Positions 62,068-64,000 of a stretch of DNA of 64,000 bases are shown here, in pieces. The notes beneath the pieces are model-generated. The model searched no databases. It was not told the DNA's origin and saw only the letters and a list, made by a program, of their open reading frames with translations. The position numbers and the translations under genes were made by a program. Origin of the DNA: an uncultured Acidobacteriota bacterium. GTDB taxonomy: Bacteria; Acidobacteriota; Terriglobia; Terriglobales; Acidobacteriaceae. The stretch covers positions 11,217 to 75,216 of the forward strand of contig CAWBRT010000004.1 of assembly GCA_963791145.1 (NCBI GenBank), read 5' to 3'. Position 1 is the first letter of the stretch. Each line of letters opens with the position of its first letter.

Positions 62068-62229
62068 TTAGCCATTGTCTCTCGGTGGAGGCGGTGGCCA
62101 AGGTTCGGGCCGGTCAATCTTTTCGATTCGGTCCCTAGTTCTTCCGGGAGGTTCGCTTCGAGGGGGTTGCGACGGCGGTGGTGGTGGCGGTGGTGGTGGT
62201 GGCTCCGGTGGTTTGCGTCTATCATTCAT
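62068..62229 (-). CDS. Small Pro-rich ORF encoded over a GGT/GGC microsatellite; may be non-coding
   Basis: Poly-Pro run from (GGT/GGC)n at 62160-62215; start abuts the stop of the upstream gene. Confidence 0.2.
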   Translation of the reverse strand: MNDRRKPPEPPPPPPPPPPSQPPRSEPPGRTRDRIEKIDRPEPWPPPPPRDNG

Positions 62230-62714
62230 TGTAAGCCTCGCATCCGTTTGACTTCCGCTGCCGCTTTCCATCGCAGTCTCTCACTGTACGGAAGTCGTGT
62301 TTCATCAACCTTGGCCTGCCTATCGCGGATTGCCTCGAATTGCTTCCAGTTCCTCAGCTCCCTCAAATCGTTGTCCTGTTCCCAAAGAAGCTCGTATTTG
62401 TTGAGAAGCTCTTTCCAGGTACCGACCAGCGATGACATCTTTTTGAGCTTTTCTGACGAACACAAGAGCGGATACGCAATGGAAGCAATGCACGCGACAG
62501 CAGAGAATACCTTCCAATAGAGCGGATGAGCAGACCAGATGCTCCAGCCCGCAACAGTACCCGAAGCAGAAACGGCGATTAGAACCCTGAAAGCAATGTC
62601 AAACCGCACGTACCGGCGCGACAATGCCAACCAGTAGCAAACATTAAGATGTGCGTCAAGCATCGCGTTCCAAAGCGCGATTCGATGATCGGGGGCTGGC
62701 GTTGCGGAACTCAA
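62226..62714 (-). CDS. Small membrane protein with two N-terminal TM helices and a charged cytoplasmic tail
   Basis: Hydrophobic segments LIAVSASGTVAGWSIW and VFSAVACIASIAYPLL, followed by a charged helical C-terminus. Confidence 0.4.
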   Translation of the reverse strand: MSSATPAPDHRIALWNAMLDAHLNVCYWLALSRRYVRFDIAFRVLIAVSASGTVAGWSIWSAHPLYWKVFSAVACIASIAYPLLCSSEKLKKMSSLVGTWKELLNKYELLWEQDNDLRELRNWKQFEAIRDRQAKVDETRLPYSERLRWKAAAEVKRMRGLQ

Positions 62715-62736
62715 TGGTACAGCCTCTCGCTACCTG

Positions 62737-63156
62737 TCATTCGCAGTGACCAGTAAACCAAGGGTAATTCGGCTGAATATTACTATTAAAGCATTGTAAT
62801 TCGTATAAGAGAAATTCAGCAGTATCCACTTCGTCAGGTTCAAAGAACGCGACGAGCCCGGCCCGCTGTCGGTCTAATGCCGCGAACAGCAAGCGTTCCA
62901 CAAACAGCGATTGCTCTTCGGTAATTTCAAACGTCATTATTGAATCGGTATTGCGGGCCGCGTACTGATCCAGCAGCGGAATCCAGATATTCACCCATTC
63001 GTGCTCGGAAAATGTGAGATCGGTTTTTGTTTCACGCGCTACGCCGAAAACACAGGCAAGCACACACGCCTCTTCGCTATTGGGGTTAAGCTCAAGACTT
63101 CGGGGAGGGGGCATACAATCCGGCCTCGTATCTGCGCTGAACGCAATCGGATTCAT
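62737..63156 (-). CDS. Hypothetical protein (~140 aa)
   Basis: Start inferred at MNPIAF..., 3 nt after the stop of the upstream small ORF. Confidence 0.3.
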   Translation of the reverse strand: MNPIAFSADTRPDCMPPPRSLELNPNSEEACVLACVFGVARETKTDLTFSEHEWVNIWIPLLDQYAARNTDSIMTFEITEEQSLFVERLLFAALDRQRAGLVAFFEPDEVDTAEFLLYELQCFNSNIQPNYPWFTGHCE

Positions 63157-63323
63157 TCTGCCGATTTCTTGCGCTGGGCAATCGCCCTTTCGTGCTTGAT
63201 GCTGATTTCGTGGATGGGGCGTTTCGCGGCCCACTCCGCCCGCGTCAACGGAGCACTGATGAATCCGCAATCTGGGCACGTGTAGTGCATTGCGCCTGCG
63301 GGGTGCTTCTTTCTTCTCGCCAT
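63153..63323 (-). CDS. Small basic protein with a C-P-D-C putative zinc-ribbon motif (56 aa)
   Basis: MARRKKHPAGAMHYTCPDCGF...; first gene of a four-gene minus-strand string. Confidence 0.3.
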   Translation of the reverse strand: MARRKKHPAGAMHYTCPDCGFISAPLTRAEWAAKRPIHEISIKHERAIAQRKKSAE

Positions 63324-63858
63324 GCCGGAAGCATACAACGACCCCGCCGAATGCCAAGTATCAAGAATGTGACTGTTCAATTTAGGTGCAATAGCGCCCT
63401 TCCTTGGGCACAGGCGAGCGATGTTTACCATTAAGACTCCACTTTGATTTTTGCTGAGCGTGCGCTGATCCATCGACCATGATCTAGCCAGCCCTGCCCT
63501 CCCCCGCCGTCCACACCCGGCTGGTGCGATCCTAACGCAGCCTTTCCCTGAGAAAGTGAAAAACCGATGTACATAATTTGTTCTGTCCCTAAGCGGCCAA
63601 GACCCGCACCCAGAGCAGGTGAGGCAAGCTGGCCAACGCAACAGGTGGTTGTTGGAATCGCACAGGTTTTTTTGAAACTTGCTGCTAAGAAGCCGACAAA
63701 AAGAGGGCTGGACGCTGATGAGGTCGTTGGGCTTCTCAAGGACATGTTCGGCCCGCTCTTCAAAATCTGACCGCTCACCATGAGCCTCCGCAGAGTGTTG
63801 GCGGGGGCTTTTTATTGCGCTGTATTGGCGAGAAAATCTGGTGTAAGCTCCTGAGAAC

Positions 63859-64000
63859 ATGGCCAATTCTGAGGCAGGCACAAAGCGGGCGGGGCGGCCC
63901 TCATCGCTTCTGGATACGCGGGTAATCTACTGCGGCGACAATCTGGAGCAGTTGCGAAACTGCCCGACGCCTGCATTGACCTGATCTACATCGATCCGCC
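63859..64000 (+). CDS. N-terminus of an N6-adenine/N4-cytosine DNA methyltransferase; runs off the window and contains one homopolymer frameshift
   Basis: ...VIYCGDNLEQLR then, after a -1 shift at CGAAACTG (~63935), KLPDACIDLIYIDPP, the canonical MTase N-terminal motif. Confidence 0.55.

Overview
This 64-kb window is a high-GC bacterial chromosomal segment with an Acidobacteria-like gene complement; the taxon is inference only. It mixes housekeeping and catabolic operons with several accessory patches.

Core content:
- a branched-chain amino-acid ABC transporter (livK-H-M/G-F)
- a four-gene dehydrogenase/reductase cluster
- a Tat-exported DmsABC-type molybdoenzyme with a TorD-like chaperone
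- a secreted TldD/PmbA peptidase pair
- an M20 peptidase and a DcuC-like transporter
- a Tat-signal MmgE/PrpD protein, diaminopropionate ammonia-lyase and a cyclopropane-fatty-acyl-phospholipid synthase

Accessory and unusual content:
- 1-1.5 kb: two toxin-antitoxin (TA) pairs, VapBC and an RHH/RelE pair
- 13.4-19.9 kb: a TA-rich island. It holds a PilZ gene bracketed by ~100-bp direct repeats, a VapC C-terminal stub, a HigB(Gp49)/HigA(XRE) pair, an uncharacterised translationally coupled gene pair, Phd/VapC with a palindromic operator, and a HigB remnant.
- 20.5-22 kb: an AT-richer decayed stretch with an EgtD-like remnant and a Cys-rich secreted protein
- 29.9-35.3 kb: a family of REP/MITE-like palindromic repeats flanking an XRE-NfeD-flotillin-PspA module
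- 48.3-48.8 kb: a CoxS fragment fused to an IS110-type transposase stub
- 60.5-64 kb: a 5'-half fragment of tRNA-Arg(CCT) followed by a lower-GC island. The island carries a possible PD-(D/E)xK protein, a four-gene minus-strand operon of unknowns, a GGT microsatellite and the start of a DNA methyltransferase.

Many recognisable genes are interrupted by frameshifts: the aldehyde ferredoxin oxidoreductase, the MOSC-FNR-ferredoxin gene, a YkgJ-like gene, flotillin, HigB and the methylase. At least one interruption sits in a homopolymer, so sequencing indels cannot be told apart from genuine decay here.

No rRNA, no intact tRNA and no CRISPR array were seen.
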